Part shown: positions 40,811 through 49,786 of the stretch, piece after piece
Position numbering within the stretch: position 1 is the stretch's first letter
Layout: each line of letters starts with the position of its first letter
Assembly (NCBI GenBank): GCA_963817955.1
Contig: CAWFQK010000002.1
Coordinates: 160,001-224,000 of the forward strand
Length of the DNA: 64,000 nt
DNA from: an uncultured Gemmatimonadaceae bacterium
GTDB taxonomy: Bacteria > Gemmatimonadota > Gemmatimonadetes > Gemmatimonadales > Gemmatimonadaceae
Direction of reading: 5' to 3'
The notes under the pieces: generated by a model
The model's input: only the letters and a program-made list of their open reading frames with translations
Databases searched by the model: none
What the model was told of the DNA's origin: nothing
Made by a program: the position numbers and the translations under genes

Positions 40811-41971
40811 GTGCCCGCACGCAAGCACCGACCAAGCGATCTCGCCACACTCGCGGTCCACGCCGGAGCGGAAACGCGCGACGCGGACAGCGCAGTAGTG
40901 GCGCCGCTGGTCCAGTCAGTGAATTTCATTCAGGAAATCGGCACGGGCGAGGGCATGCGCTATCCCCGCTACGGCAATGCGCCGAACGCCGAGTTGGTGC
41001 AACGACGGCTCGCCGCGCTCGAACGCGCGGAAGCGGCACTGCTGTTGTCGAGCGGCATGGGCGCCGTGGCGTGCGGCCTGCTCGCGTTGCTCCGGCCTGG
41101 CGATCATCTGATTGCCAGCGCCTGGATCTACGGCGGTGCGGCGACCCTGCTGATGAAGGAATTCACCTCGCTCGGCATCGACGTATCGCTCGTCGACCCA
41201 CTCGAGCCGCGGATCTGGCGGAAGAAGCTCCGCACGCAAACCCGCGCGATCTTTCTCGAGACACCGGTGAATCCAACATGTCGCGTGCTCGACCTACGCC
41301 CGGTCAGCTACATCACGAAGGAGTGTGGCATCGCGCTCGTGGTCGATTCGACGTTTGCGAGTCCGATCAATCTCCGGCCGCTCGATCATGGCGCCGACGT
41401 CGTCATTCATTCGGCGACGAAGTACCTCAACGGCCATCACGACGTGCTCGCCGGCGCCGTCTGCGGCACAGCCTCCTACATCGAGGAAGTGCGGCAGAAG
41501 ATGATGGTGTGGGGCCAGGCCCCCGATCCGTTCGCCGCCTGGCTCATCGAGCGCGGACTCAAGACGCTCGACGTGCGCATGAAGCGCCACAATGAGAACG
41601 CGATGGCGGTGGCCCGGTGGTGCAGCGAACGGAAGGAAATTCGCCGCGTGCACTATCCCGGCCTGCCGTCACATCCCGACCATGACATCGCCGAGGCGCT
41701 CATGGATGGGTTCGGTGGCATGATGGCGATCGAACTGACGGGCGGCGCGCGCGCCGCGGAGAAGTTCCTGGGCAAACTGAAACTCTTCCGTCATGCGCCG
41801 AGTCTTGGCGGTGTCGATTCCCTGATTTCGGAGCCGCGATTCACGTCCCATGCGAACCTGCCGGCCGAGGCGCGCGCCGCGGCCGACATTCCGGACGGGT
41901 TTCTACGGCTGAGTATCGGCATCGAAAGTGCTCATGACCTCATCGGAGACATCGAACAGGCTCTGCATTAG
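40811..41971 (+). CDS. PLP-dependent trans-sulfuration enzyme (cystathionine gamma-synthase/lyase or methionine gamma-lyase family)
   Basis: YPRYGN, SSGMGA, ETPVNP, VDSTFASP, HSATKYLNGH, SLGGVDSL, LRLSIGIE. Confidence 0.93.
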   Translation: MPARKHRPSDLATLAVHAGAETRDADSAVVAPLVQSVNFIQEIGTGEGMRYPRYGNAPNAELVQRRLAALERAEAALLLSSGMGAVACGLLALLRPGDHLIASAWIYGGAATLLMKEFTSLGIDVSLVDPLEPRIWRKKLRTQTRAIFLETPVNPTCRVLDLRPVSYITKECGIALVVDSTFASPINLRPLDHGADVVIHSATKYLNGHHDVLAGAVCGTASYIEEVRQKMMVWGQAPDPFAAWLIERGLKTLDVRMKRHNENAMAVARWCSERKEIRRVHYPGLPSHPDHDIAEALMDGFGGMMAIELTGGARAAEKFLGKLKLFRHAPSLGGVDSLISEPRFTSHANLPAEARAAADIPDGFLRLSIGIESAHDLIGDIEQALH

Positions 41972-43111
41972 ATGACCGATCCCCTGCTGGCTCCGGACCG
42001 CCGCCGTCTGGAGCGGCGGACCAATCCGACGCTGGCGGAGCTGACCCTTCAGGAGCTGCGCCGGATGATGGTGACGACGATTCTGTTCGTCGTCACCGTC
42101 GTGCTGTTTCTCTGGATGGTCCGCACGGTCATCATCGCGGCAATGCTCGGCGTCATCGTCGCCACGTTCATGCGCCCGGTGCAGCTCTGGCTGTGCCGCA
42201 CGTTCGTGCGAAACAAGTTCGTAGCGTCCACCATGACGCTGCTGATGCTGATCCTGCCGATGCTCGCGCTGAGCGTGTACAGCTACAACGAGATCGCGGA
42301 CGTCGCGACGTACGTGAACGCGCACCAGGAAGAGATTGCCACCAAGATCGACCTGTCGTTGCACAGGGTACCCTTCCTGCAATCGGCGCACACCGGCGAC
42401 GCCGTGAAACACTACATGCTGGTGGCGTCGAACTATGGCACGAACATCCTGGGAACCGTGCGCGCCGCGCTGGCGCGTTTTGCCATCGCCTCCACGATCT
42501 TCGTGTTCACCGCCTATTACGTGATGGGCGACGCCGACGAGATCATGGAGTACATCCGCAGCCGCATTCCGCCGCGGTATGGCGAACTGTCCGCCGCGCT
42601 GGAGAAGAACGTGCGCGGAGTGCTGTACGGCGCGATCTACTCCACGTTCCTCACGCAGGCCGTCAAGTCGGTCATCATCCTGCTGATGAACCTCGTGTTC
42701 CAGGTTCCACTCGCCGGCGTGCTGGCCATCATCGCGTTCGTGATCGGCTTCTTCCCGATCGTCGGATCGTGGACCGTGTACGTTCCGGTCGCTATCTGGC
42801 TGACAATCTTCCGCGGATCGCCCGGCGAGGGCCTGGCGATGGTGATCTTGGGATTCCTCGTGAATACCGTCTACATCTCGACCTTCCTCCGGCCGAAGAT
42901 CGCGGCCGAACGGTCCAAGGTCCTCAACCTCTACTGGATGCTGGTCGCGCTGATCACGGGCGTCTACACGTTCGGGCTGGTGGGCATTCTCCTTGGGCCC
43001 ATGTTGATCGGGCTGCTCAAGGCCATTCTGGATACCATCACCTCGCAACCCGCATGGAACTGGACGGCCACGGAAGGTGACGCTGGGAGCGTCGATGCGT
43101 CTGAAGTTTAG
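41972..43111 (+). CDS. AI-2E family transporter
   Basis: Multi-TM pattern, FFPIVGS, FLRPKI, GVYTFGLVGILLGP. Confidence 0.88.
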   Translation: MTDPLLAPDRRRLERRTNPTLAELTLQELRRMMVTTILFVVTVVLFLWMVRTVIIAAMLGVIVATFMRPVQLWLCRTFVRNKFVASTMTLLMLILPMLALSVYSYNEIADVATYVNAHQEEIATKIDLSLHRVPFLQSAHTGDAVKHYMLVASNYGTNILGTVRAALARFAIASTIFVFTAYYVMGDADEIMEYIRSRIPPRYGELSAALEKNVRGVLYGAIYSTFLTQAVKSVIILLMNLVFQVPLAGVLAIIAFVIGFFPIVGSWTVYVPVAIWLTIFRGSPGEGLAMVILGFLVNTVYISTFLRPKIAAERSKVLNLYWMLVALITGVYTFGLVGILLGPMLIGLLKAILDTITSQPAWNWTATEGDAGSVDASEV

Positions 43112-43113
43112 CC

Positions 43114-43815
43114 ATGATTCGCTTCGACAAAGTCTCGAAAGTCTACCCACGAGCCGCCGCGGGTGCCGCGGCACTCCGCGACGTCAGCTTCCGCGTTGGG
43201 AAGGGTGAATTCGTCTTTCTGACCGGGCCGAGCGGCGCCGGAAAGAGCACCATCCTCAAACTGTTGTACATGGAAGAGCGCCCCACGAGTGGTGAGGTGC
43301 GCATCAGCGGCTACACGTCGCGTGCGGTCAAGCGGCGCGAGGTCGCACAGCTCCGCCGCCGCCTCGGCATCATCTTCCAGGATTTTCGGCTGCTCGACGA
43401 CCGCACCGCCGAAGCCAACGTTGCCTTCGCCCTGGAGGTGATTGGTGCGCCGCGCACGAGCATCCCGAACAAGGTCGCCCGGGCACTCGCCCAGGTCGGG
43501 CTGGCATCGAAGGCGCGCGCGTTCCCAAAGGAGCTCTCCGGCGGCGAGCAGCAACGCGTGGCGTTCGCCCGCGCGCTGGTGAACGATCCGTTCGTGCTGA
43601 TTGCCGACGAACCAACGGGCAATCTCGATGAGCGCGCCACGCGCGGCATCTTCCAACTGCTCCGCGAAATCAATGCGGCGGGCACCGCCGTGCTCATGGC
43701 GACGCACGATCTCGAGATCGTCCGCTCCACCGAGTATCGCTGCATCGAACTCAATCACGGCGAAATCGTATTCGATTCGGCGGATACGCCGCGCGTGGCG
43801 ATGGAGGCCGACTGA
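43114..43815 (+). CDS. ftsE: Cell division ABC ATPase FtsE
   Basis: GPSGAGKST, ERPTSG, IFQDFRLL, LSGGEQQRVA, ADEPTGNLD. Confidence 0.96.
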   Translation: MIRFDKVSKVYPRAAAGAAALRDVSFRVGKGEFVFLTGPSGAGKSTILKLLYMEERPTSGEVRISGYTSRAVKRREVAQLRRRLGIIFQDFRLLDDRTAEANVAFALEVIGAPRTSIPNKVARALAQVGLASKARAFPKELSGGEQQRVAFARALVNDPFVLIADEPTGNLDERATRGIFQLLREINAAGTAVLMATHDLEIVRSTEYRCIELNHGEIVFDSADTPRVAMEAD

Positions 43816-44663
43816 TGCTCGCCACCCGCACGGCCCTGGCCGCATTCCGGCGCGCCCCTCTGCTCAGCCTCCTGAGTATCACCACCATCGCGTTCTCGCT
43901 CTTTGCGTTTGGCTTGTTTGGCCTCGTCGCGCTGAACATCCGGCAGGCGCTCCAGCACGTTGAGGAACGCGTCGAGATCCGCGCCTTTGTTGCAGACCGC
44001 ACGCCCGTGGAGCGCACGACCCTCGCCTCCGACGAGATCGCGAAGTATCCCGAAGTGCTCAAGGTGGACATCGTGACGCAGGAGCAGGCACTCGATCGGG
44101 CACGCAAGGAGCTCGGCGAGTTCAAGGATGTATTCGACGGCGAGTTCCTGCCCGCCTCGCTCGATGTGAAGCTCAAGCCGGGATTCCGTGATCCTGCCAC
44201 GGTACGAAAGATCGCCGACCGCCTGCGTGGCTACGACTTCGTGGACGACGTACGCTTCGGCGAGGAGTGGATCACGCAGCTCTACCGGCTCCGCAACATC
44301 GCCGGTGTCGCCGGTGCGGCACTCGGCCTCGCGTTCGCGGCCGTGGCAATCATCATCATTGGCGCCACCATTCGCATGGCCATCCTTGCGCGCAGTAAGG
44401 AGATCTCGATCATGCGCCTGGTCGGGGCCACGGACAGCTTCATTCGCCGCCCATACCTCATCGAAGGCTCGATCAAAGGCATACTTGGCGGCGTGCTGGC
44501 GCTCGCGCTGACCTACTTCGCAATGCGGGTCCTCGAGCAGTACCTCCACTTCGAGACCGTCTTCTTCGACCGGCGCCTCGCCACCCTCGGCATTCTGTTC
44601 GGCGCACTCATGGGCTTGTTGGGCAGCGCGGTGTCGGTCGGTCGGCATCTTCGGCAGGTGTGA
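43815..44663 (+). CDS. ftsX: Cell division permease FtsX
   Basis: Follows ftsE; LPAS, TIRMAILARSKEISIMRLVGATDSFIRRPYLIEG. Confidence 0.95.
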   Translation: MLATRTALAAFRRAPLLSLLSITTIAFSLFAFGLFGLVALNIRQALQHVEERVEIRAFVADRTPVERTTLASDEIAKYPEVLKVDIVTQEQALDRARKELGEFKDVFDGEFLPASLDVKLKPGFRDPATVRKIADRLRGYDFVDDVRFGEEWITQLYRLRNIAGVAGAALGLAFAAVAIIIIGATIRMAILARSKEISIMRLVGATDSFIRRPYLIEGSIKGILGGVLALALTYFAMRVLEQYLHFETVFFDRRLATLGILFGALMGLLGSAVSVGRHLRQV

Positions 44664-44666
44664 GCC

Positions 44667-45911
44667 GTGGCGCGTAGAGCGCGACGAGTGCTGAAGGGCC
44701 CCGGTGCGTGGGTTCGGCGGGCGATCGTCGTCGCGGCCGGAGTGTTGGCCATGATGTCCGTCACGGCTCGCTGTTCGCCCCTCCTCGCCCAAGACAAGAT
44801 CCGCGCACAGCGCGACACGCTCGAACGCATTCGGCGCGAGCGCGAGGAACTACAGCGTCACGCCGCGGAGCTCCGCACAACGGTCCACGATCTGAACGAC
44901 GAGGTGACGAACCTCGATCGTCGCGCGGCCGTCACGGCACGCATCGTCAAGACGCTCAACTCGCAGCTCACCGCGATCAGCGCTGACGTCAACGATGCGG
45001 CGAACAAAGTCAACACCACCGAGACCGAGCTGGCGGCGAAGAAAGCCGCCCTGCGGCGCCGGTTGATCGACATCTACAAGCGTGGACCGCTGTACACGAC
45101 AGAGGCGATGCTCTCGGCGCGGTCCTTCGGCGAGCTCGTGGCTCGGTACAAATACCTGCATCTGCTCGCGCTGCACGATCGCTCACTGGTCGGTCGCGTC
45201 GAGGAATTACGCGATCAGGTGCAGCGCGAACACGACCGGCTCATGACGCTGCAGAACGCTCTCGAGGAAAATCGCACCGACAAGCAGCGCGAGGAGGAAA
45301 CACTGCGCGCGCTCGAGCGCGAGCGGGCGTCCAGCCTCGTGCAGACCAAGCGACAATCGAAGCAGACGGAAGATCGGTTGGACCGTCTCAAAGCCACGGA
45401 AACACAGCTCACGAACGCGATCGCCGTCCTCGAGGCCGAGCGCCTGCGCGCCGAGCGCCTGCGCACCGAGCGCCGTCCGAGCGCCGCGCGCGCGGCGAGC
45501 ACGATCAAGACGAGCGACTACGGCAAGCTCGATTGGCCGGTCGAGGGAACCCTCCTGTACACCTATGGCAAGGCACAGACGGCGAGCAACACCACTATTC
45601 GCTGGAACGGTGTCGGCATCAAGGCGACGGTCGGCACAGGCGTTCGATCCGTGGCAGCGGGCAAAGTGGTGAGCGTGCGCCAACTGGGCACGTACGGTCT
45701 CACGGTGATCATCGATCACGGCGGCGGCGACTACTCCATCTACGGCTCGCTGGCTCGCGCCGACGTGCGCGAGCAGCAGACCGTCACCAAAGGCCAGGTG
45801 ATCGGAGGCGTCGGAATTTCCGACCCTGATCTGCCGCCGCACCTGCATTTCGAGATCCGGCATGGCGGACCCGCGGTCGATCCGGCGAACTGGTTGAGGG
45901 GGGAGCGGTAG
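44667..45911 (+). CDS. envC: Murein hydrolase activator EnvC (coiled coil plus degenerate M23)
   Basis: Long coiled coil, GKLDWPVEG, WNGVGI, IIDHGG, HLHFEIR, AVDP; follows ftsEX; start uncertain. Confidence 0.9.
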   Translation: MARRARRVLKGPGAWVRRAIVVAAGVLAMMSVTARCSPLLAQDKIRAQRDTLERIRREREELQRHAAELRTTVHDLNDEVTNLDRRAAVTARIVKTLNSQLTAISADVNDAANKVNTTETELAAKKAALRRRLIDIYKRGPLYTTEAMLSARSFGELVARYKYLHLLALHDRSLVGRVEELRDQVQREHDRLMTLQNALEENRTDKQREEETLRALERERASSLVQTKRQSKQTEDRLDRLKATETQLTNAIAVLEAERLRAERLRTERRPSAARAASTIKTSDYGKLDWPVEGTLLYTYGKAQTASNTTIRWNGVGIKATVGTGVRSVAAGKVVSVRQLGTYGLTVIIDHGGGDYSIYGSLARADVREQQTVTKGQVIGGVGISDPDLPPHLHFEIRHGGPAVDPANWLRGER

Positions 45912-45957
45912 GGCGGCTCGACCGCTAACGCTCCACCGCTCCGCGTATATTCCCACC

Positions 45958-46938
45958 ATGCCCCGGTCACGAAACGCTGCACCAGCTGAGAAGACCACGG
46001 TGAAGAAGCCGGCATTCAACCCCAAGACGGACAGTGCGACTGATCCGACTTGGGTACCGCCCGTGTGGGATGATGACGTCCTCCTTGGTGCGCACGTGTC
46101 GATCGCTGGAGGCACGCACCAGGCGCCGGCACGTGCGCGGGCGATTGGCGCCAGCGCCATGCAGATCTTCACGAAGATGGCCAACCGCTGGGCCGAGCGG
46201 ATATGCGAGGAGGACGAATGCCGCTCGTACCAGGCGGCGCTGGGCGCGACACGCGTGCGCGCAACGGTGGCCCACGATTCGTACCTGATCAACCTCGCCA
46301 GCCCCGACGAAACACTGCGACGACGGTCGATCGAATCGTTCGTCGCTGAGCTGCAGCGGTGCGAGGCGCTGGGAATCACGTATCTCGTGTCCCACCCTGG
46401 GAACTACATCGACGAGCAAATGTCAGGCATCGCACGCAATGCCGACGCGATCACCGAGGCGCTGGCACGGGTACCGGGGCATACCGTACTCTGCATGGAG
46501 ACCACCTCGGGAAGCGGCACGGCCATCGGGTCGACCTTCGAGGACTTGGCCGCGCTGCTCGGCGGAGTGTCTCAGGAGCATCGGTCGCGTGTCGCCATCT
46601 GCGTCGATACCTGCCATGCCTACTCCGCTGGGTACGATCTCGTGAACGACTACCAGGACGTCTGGGCCCGCTTCGACGGTGTGCTGGGACTGGACCACCT
46701 GAAGGTGCTGCACCTCAATGACTCGAAGACTGCATTCAATTCCAGACGGGACCGCCACGAGTTGATCGGGGAAGGTTCCCTGGGCGAGATCGCTTTCCGG
46801 CAAATTATGAACGACCAGCGGATGAGCCGTGTACCAAAGGTGATCGAGACGCCAAAGGGCACCGACCCCACGGCCACCGATGCCCGGATGCTGGCCAGAC
46901 TGCGCAGCTACCTTGAGAACCGTCCGCCAGCACTTTGA
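45958..46938 (+). CDS. nfo: Endonuclease IV
   Basis: GAHVSIAGG, HDSYLINLAS, HPG, DTCH, HLNDSK, DRHE, ETP. Confidence 0.96.
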   Translation: MPRSRNAAPAEKTTVKKPAFNPKTDSATDPTWVPPVWDDDVLLGAHVSIAGGTHQAPARARAIGASAMQIFTKMANRWAERICEEDECRSYQAALGATRVRATVAHDSYLINLASPDETLRRRSIESFVAELQRCEALGITYLVSHPGNYIDEQMSGIARNADAITEALARVPGHTVLCMETTSGSGTAIGSTFEDLAALLGGVSQEHRSRVAICVDTCHAYSAGYDLVNDYQDVWARFDGVLGLDHLKVLHLNDSKTAFNSRRDRHELIGEGSLGEIAFRQIMNDQRMSRVPKVIETPKGTDPTATDARMLARLRSYLENRPPAL

Positions 46939-46964
46939 CTGGCTCGTCCGTACGATCTACTGGA

Positions 46965-47312
46965 ATGCCATCTCGATCCGTCGCCGCCCACTCGGCCCGA
47001 CACTGGTTGCTCACCGTCATTGCCTTTATCGCGATGGCGGCGCAAGTCGTCGTGGCCATAGCGCCCCTGACGGAAGGGCGCGACGGGCGCTACGCGTCGC
47101 ACATCGAGACTGACGGCACGCATCTCCACTTCGCGCACAACGATGCCACCTGTGCCGCCTGCCAGGCGCGATCGATTCATGGCACGGCCGCACGTGAACC
47201 AGCGCGCCTCGTAGCCTCGGGCGGTCACGCGTTCATAACGCTGTGGATCGCGAATAGTGCAGAGCCGGCGATCCGTTTTTCACAGGACAATCCCCGCGCG
47301 CCGCCGGTGTGA
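46965..47312 (+). CDS. DUF2946/CruR/CutF-like leader protein: TM or signal segment, His-rich stretch, CxxC, C-terminal RAPP
   Basis: WLLTVIAFIAMAAQVVVAIAPL; SHIETDGTHLHFAHNDATCAAC; NPRAPPV-stop. Alternative TTG start at 46935. Confidence 0.8.
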   Translation: MPSRSVAAHSARHWLLTVIAFIAMAAQVVVAIAPLTEGRDGRYASHIETDGTHLHFAHNDATCAACQARSIHGTAAREPARLVASGGHAFITLWIANSAEPAIRFSQDNPRAPPV

Positions 47313-47350
47313 GCTGACCCGTTTGTTGTAGTGGTTTGCGTCAGTTCACA
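47308..47350 (+). promoter_or_regulatory. RNA hairpin overlapping the leader ORF stop codon
   Basis: TGTGAGCTGAC (47308-47318) pairs with GTCAGTTCACA (47340-47350): 11 bp with one G-U. Confidence 0.65.
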
Positions 47351-47363
47351 ATTTAGAGACAAC

Positions 47364-48632
47364 ATGCGCCTTTTTATGGGATTGTGCGCGCTTGCCGTGT
47401 GCGGCAGCGCCGCGTCCGCGCAGCAGCGCGCGGACGATTCATTACGTCTGTCCCGACGCCAAGCCGTCGCCGAAGCACTGGTGCGCAACGCGCAGCTCGA
47501 AGTCGCGCGCGAGCAAACCGCCGAGGCGCGCGCGCGACGCGTGCAGGGCATCGCCATTCCCGATATGACGCTGTCCGCAGCGTTCGATCAGGCTCCGGGA
47601 CCGTTCACGTTCGGGGCGGCGGGCTCTCGCCCCGTAGCCTTGGGATTGGGGATTCCCTTTCCGGACAAGTTCCGGCTGAACAACCGCATCGGTCTGGCTG
47701 GCATTCGGCAGAGCGAATCGAACTACCGACTGCAACAGCAGACCATAGCCAATCAAACATCGGCCACGTATGACTCGCTGCTCGCGGCGTTCAAACACCG
47801 CGAGAGTCTTCTCGAAGCCCAGACGCTGGCCCACGATTTTCTCACGCGGACGCAGGCTCGCTACAACGCCGGGAGCGCGGCGCGACTGGACGTCATTCAG
47901 GCGCAGGTTGGCGTGGCGCAGGCCGCCAATGATCTGATCTCCAACGAGCGCGACCTGGCCAACGCGCAAGCCTCGCTCAACCGAACACTCGGCCGCGTCA
48001 TCGGCGCCCCGATCGCACCCACCGACTCGCTCGGCGTGCCACCACCGCTCCCCGACTCGGCGGGAATCGAGTCCATTGCGCTCGCCAACCGCCCGGAATT
48101 GGCGATGATCGAAAGCCAGCAACAGGGCGCACGCGCCACTACCAGCCTGACGAAAGAGTTCTGGTTGCCCGACCTCAATTTTTCGGTGCAGCGCGACTAT
48201 GCGCAGCCAGGCTCACCGTTGTTCACGACCGGCTTTTCGCTCCCACTTCCTGCGTTCTATTGGCAACACGCCAAGGGCGACATCGCCGTCGCTCAGCACT
48301 TCGAGAAAGAGCTTGCCGCGAGCTACCGCGATACGCGAGCCCAGGTCACGCAGGACGTCCGCTCGGCATACGCCAACGCCAGCACGGCAATGCGGCAGGT
48401 GGTTTTCATCCGCGACGAGCTCGTCCCCGCGGCGCGCGACGCGTACCGCGTCGCCTCCACCAGCTACAGCCTGGGCGGGTCCTCGGCACTCGAAGTCATC
48501 ACTGCACGCACAGCCCTTCTCCAAGCGGAGAGTCAGCTCGCTGACGCCCTCGCTGCCGCCAATACCGCCCGCGCCGATCTGGACCGCGCGCTCGGCGTCA
48601 CCATTCCGCCGCTGGGAGCTTCCAATCGATGA
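47364..48632 (+). CDS. TolC/CzcC-family outer membrane factor
   Basis: Signal peptide ending ASA-Q, RYNAGSAARLDV, NRPEL, PDL, YSLGGSSALEV. Confidence 0.92.
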   Translation: MRLFMGLCALAVCGSAASAQQRADDSLRLSRRQAVAEALVRNAQLEVAREQTAEARARRVQGIAIPDMTLSAAFDQAPGPFTFGAAGSRPVALGLGIPFPDKFRLNNRIGLAGIRQSESNYRLQQQTIANQTSATYDSLLAAFKHRESLLEAQTLAHDFLTRTQARYNAGSAARLDVIQAQVGVAQAANDLISNERDLANAQASLNRTLGRVIGAPIAPTDSLGVPPPLPDSAGIESIALANRPELAMIESQQQGARATTSLTKEFWLPDLNFSVQRDYAQPGSPLFTTGFSLPLPAFYWQHAKGDIAVAQHFEKELAASYRDTRAQVTQDVRSAYANASTAMRQVVFIRDELVPAARDAYRVASTSYSLGGSSALEVITARTALLQAESQLADALAAANTARADLDRALGVTIPPLGASNR

Positions 48633-49786
48633 GATCTTCATTCGCTCGCGCCGTCGCGTTGAGTGCCGCCTACATGGCCGCATTCAGCGTCGGCGGGTGC
48701 ACCAAGGCCGCAAGCAAGCCCGCGGATTCCACCCAGGTATCGACCGGTGAGGCCGCCAATTTCACGGTGACCGCGGAACAGAGAAAGCGCATTCATGTGG
48801 TGACCGCGCAGGTCACGACATTCACTCCGGTCATCGAAGCGACAGGCAACGTCGCGTTCAACGGGGACAAGTCCACACAGGTGCTGTCCCCCGTTTCAGG
48901 TCCCGCCGTTCGAGTCGTTGGCAACGTCGGCATGAACGTGACCCGCGGTGAACCCCTCGCGTACGTGGCGTCGCCCGACTTTGCATCAGCCGTTGCCGCA
49001 TACCGAAAGGCGCAAAGCGCAGATCGTCAATCAAAGCGAGTCGCGGACCGGGACTCGGCGCTCTTCAAGAACGACGCAATTGCGCGCGCCGATCTCGAGC
49101 AAGCGCAGTCAGACGTCGCAGCGGCCGAGGCAGACCTCGAGTCCTCCATCCAGACGATGCGATCGCTGGGCGTAGAGGATGCTCAAATCGCGGCCATACG
49201 GGAGGGCCACTCGGCGTCGATCGAAGCAATCATTCGCTCGCCCATTACCGGAACGATCGTCGAGAAGCTGATTGCCGACGGCCAACTCTTGCAAGCCGGC
49301 ACGACGCAGACGTTCACGATCGCCGACTTGAGCACGGTGTGGGTGAACGCGAACATCTTCGCCAACGACGTCAGGGACGTTGCGGTGGGGCAGCCGGCGA
49401 TGATTCTCGCTGACGTCACTCAAACGCCCATTCCGGGACGCGTCGATTACATCGGTTCGCTCGCCGATCCGGGCACGAAGGCTGTCTCGGTGCGCCTGCT
49501 CGTCCCGAATGACAACCGCGTGCTGCGGAAGGACATGTTCGTCCGCGTCAAGATCACGTCGCGCGCCGAGCATCGCGGCATCCTCGTTCCGGCATCATCC
49601 GTTCTCCGCGACGAAGAAAATCTGCCGTTCGTGTTCCTCGCCGCGGCGGGCAACGGATTCGCACGGCGGCGAGTCACCCTGGGCACACGGGTCGGCGACT
49701 TGTACGAGGTGACCTCCGGTCTCGCAGCCGGTGACCAAGTCGTGGCGGAAGGCGCGCTCTTCCTCCAGTTCGCGGAAAGCCAGTGA
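48629..49786 (+). CDS. CzcB-like RND adaptor lipoprotein
   Basis: VGGC lipobox, SPVSG, IRSPITGTIVE, IADLSTVWV, SGLAAGDQVV. Confidence 0.92.
   Translation: MRSSFARAVALSAAYMAAFSVGGCTKAASKPADSTQVSTGEAANFTVTAEQRKRIHVVTAQVTTFTPVIEATGNVAFNGDKSTQVLSPVSGPAVRVVGNVGMNVTRGEPLAYVASPDFASAVAAYRKAQSADRQSKRVADRDSALFKNDAIARADLEQAQSDVAAAEADLESSIQTMRSLGVEDAQIAAIREGHSASIEAIIRSPITGTIVEKLIADGQLLQAGTTQTFTIADLSTVWVNANIFANDVRDVAVGQPAMILADVTQTPIPGRVDYIGSLADPGTKAVSVRLLVPNDNRVLRKDMFVRVKITSRAEHRGILVPASSVLRDEENLPFVFLAAAGNGFARRRVTLGTRVGDLYEVTSGLAAGDQVVAEGALFLQFAESQ

Noticed and set aside
47324..47364. Alternative pairing of TGTTGT (47324-47329) with ACAACA (47359-47364) over the TolC start
   Set aside because: Only 6 weak base pairs; cannot be supported without folding calculations or covariation.
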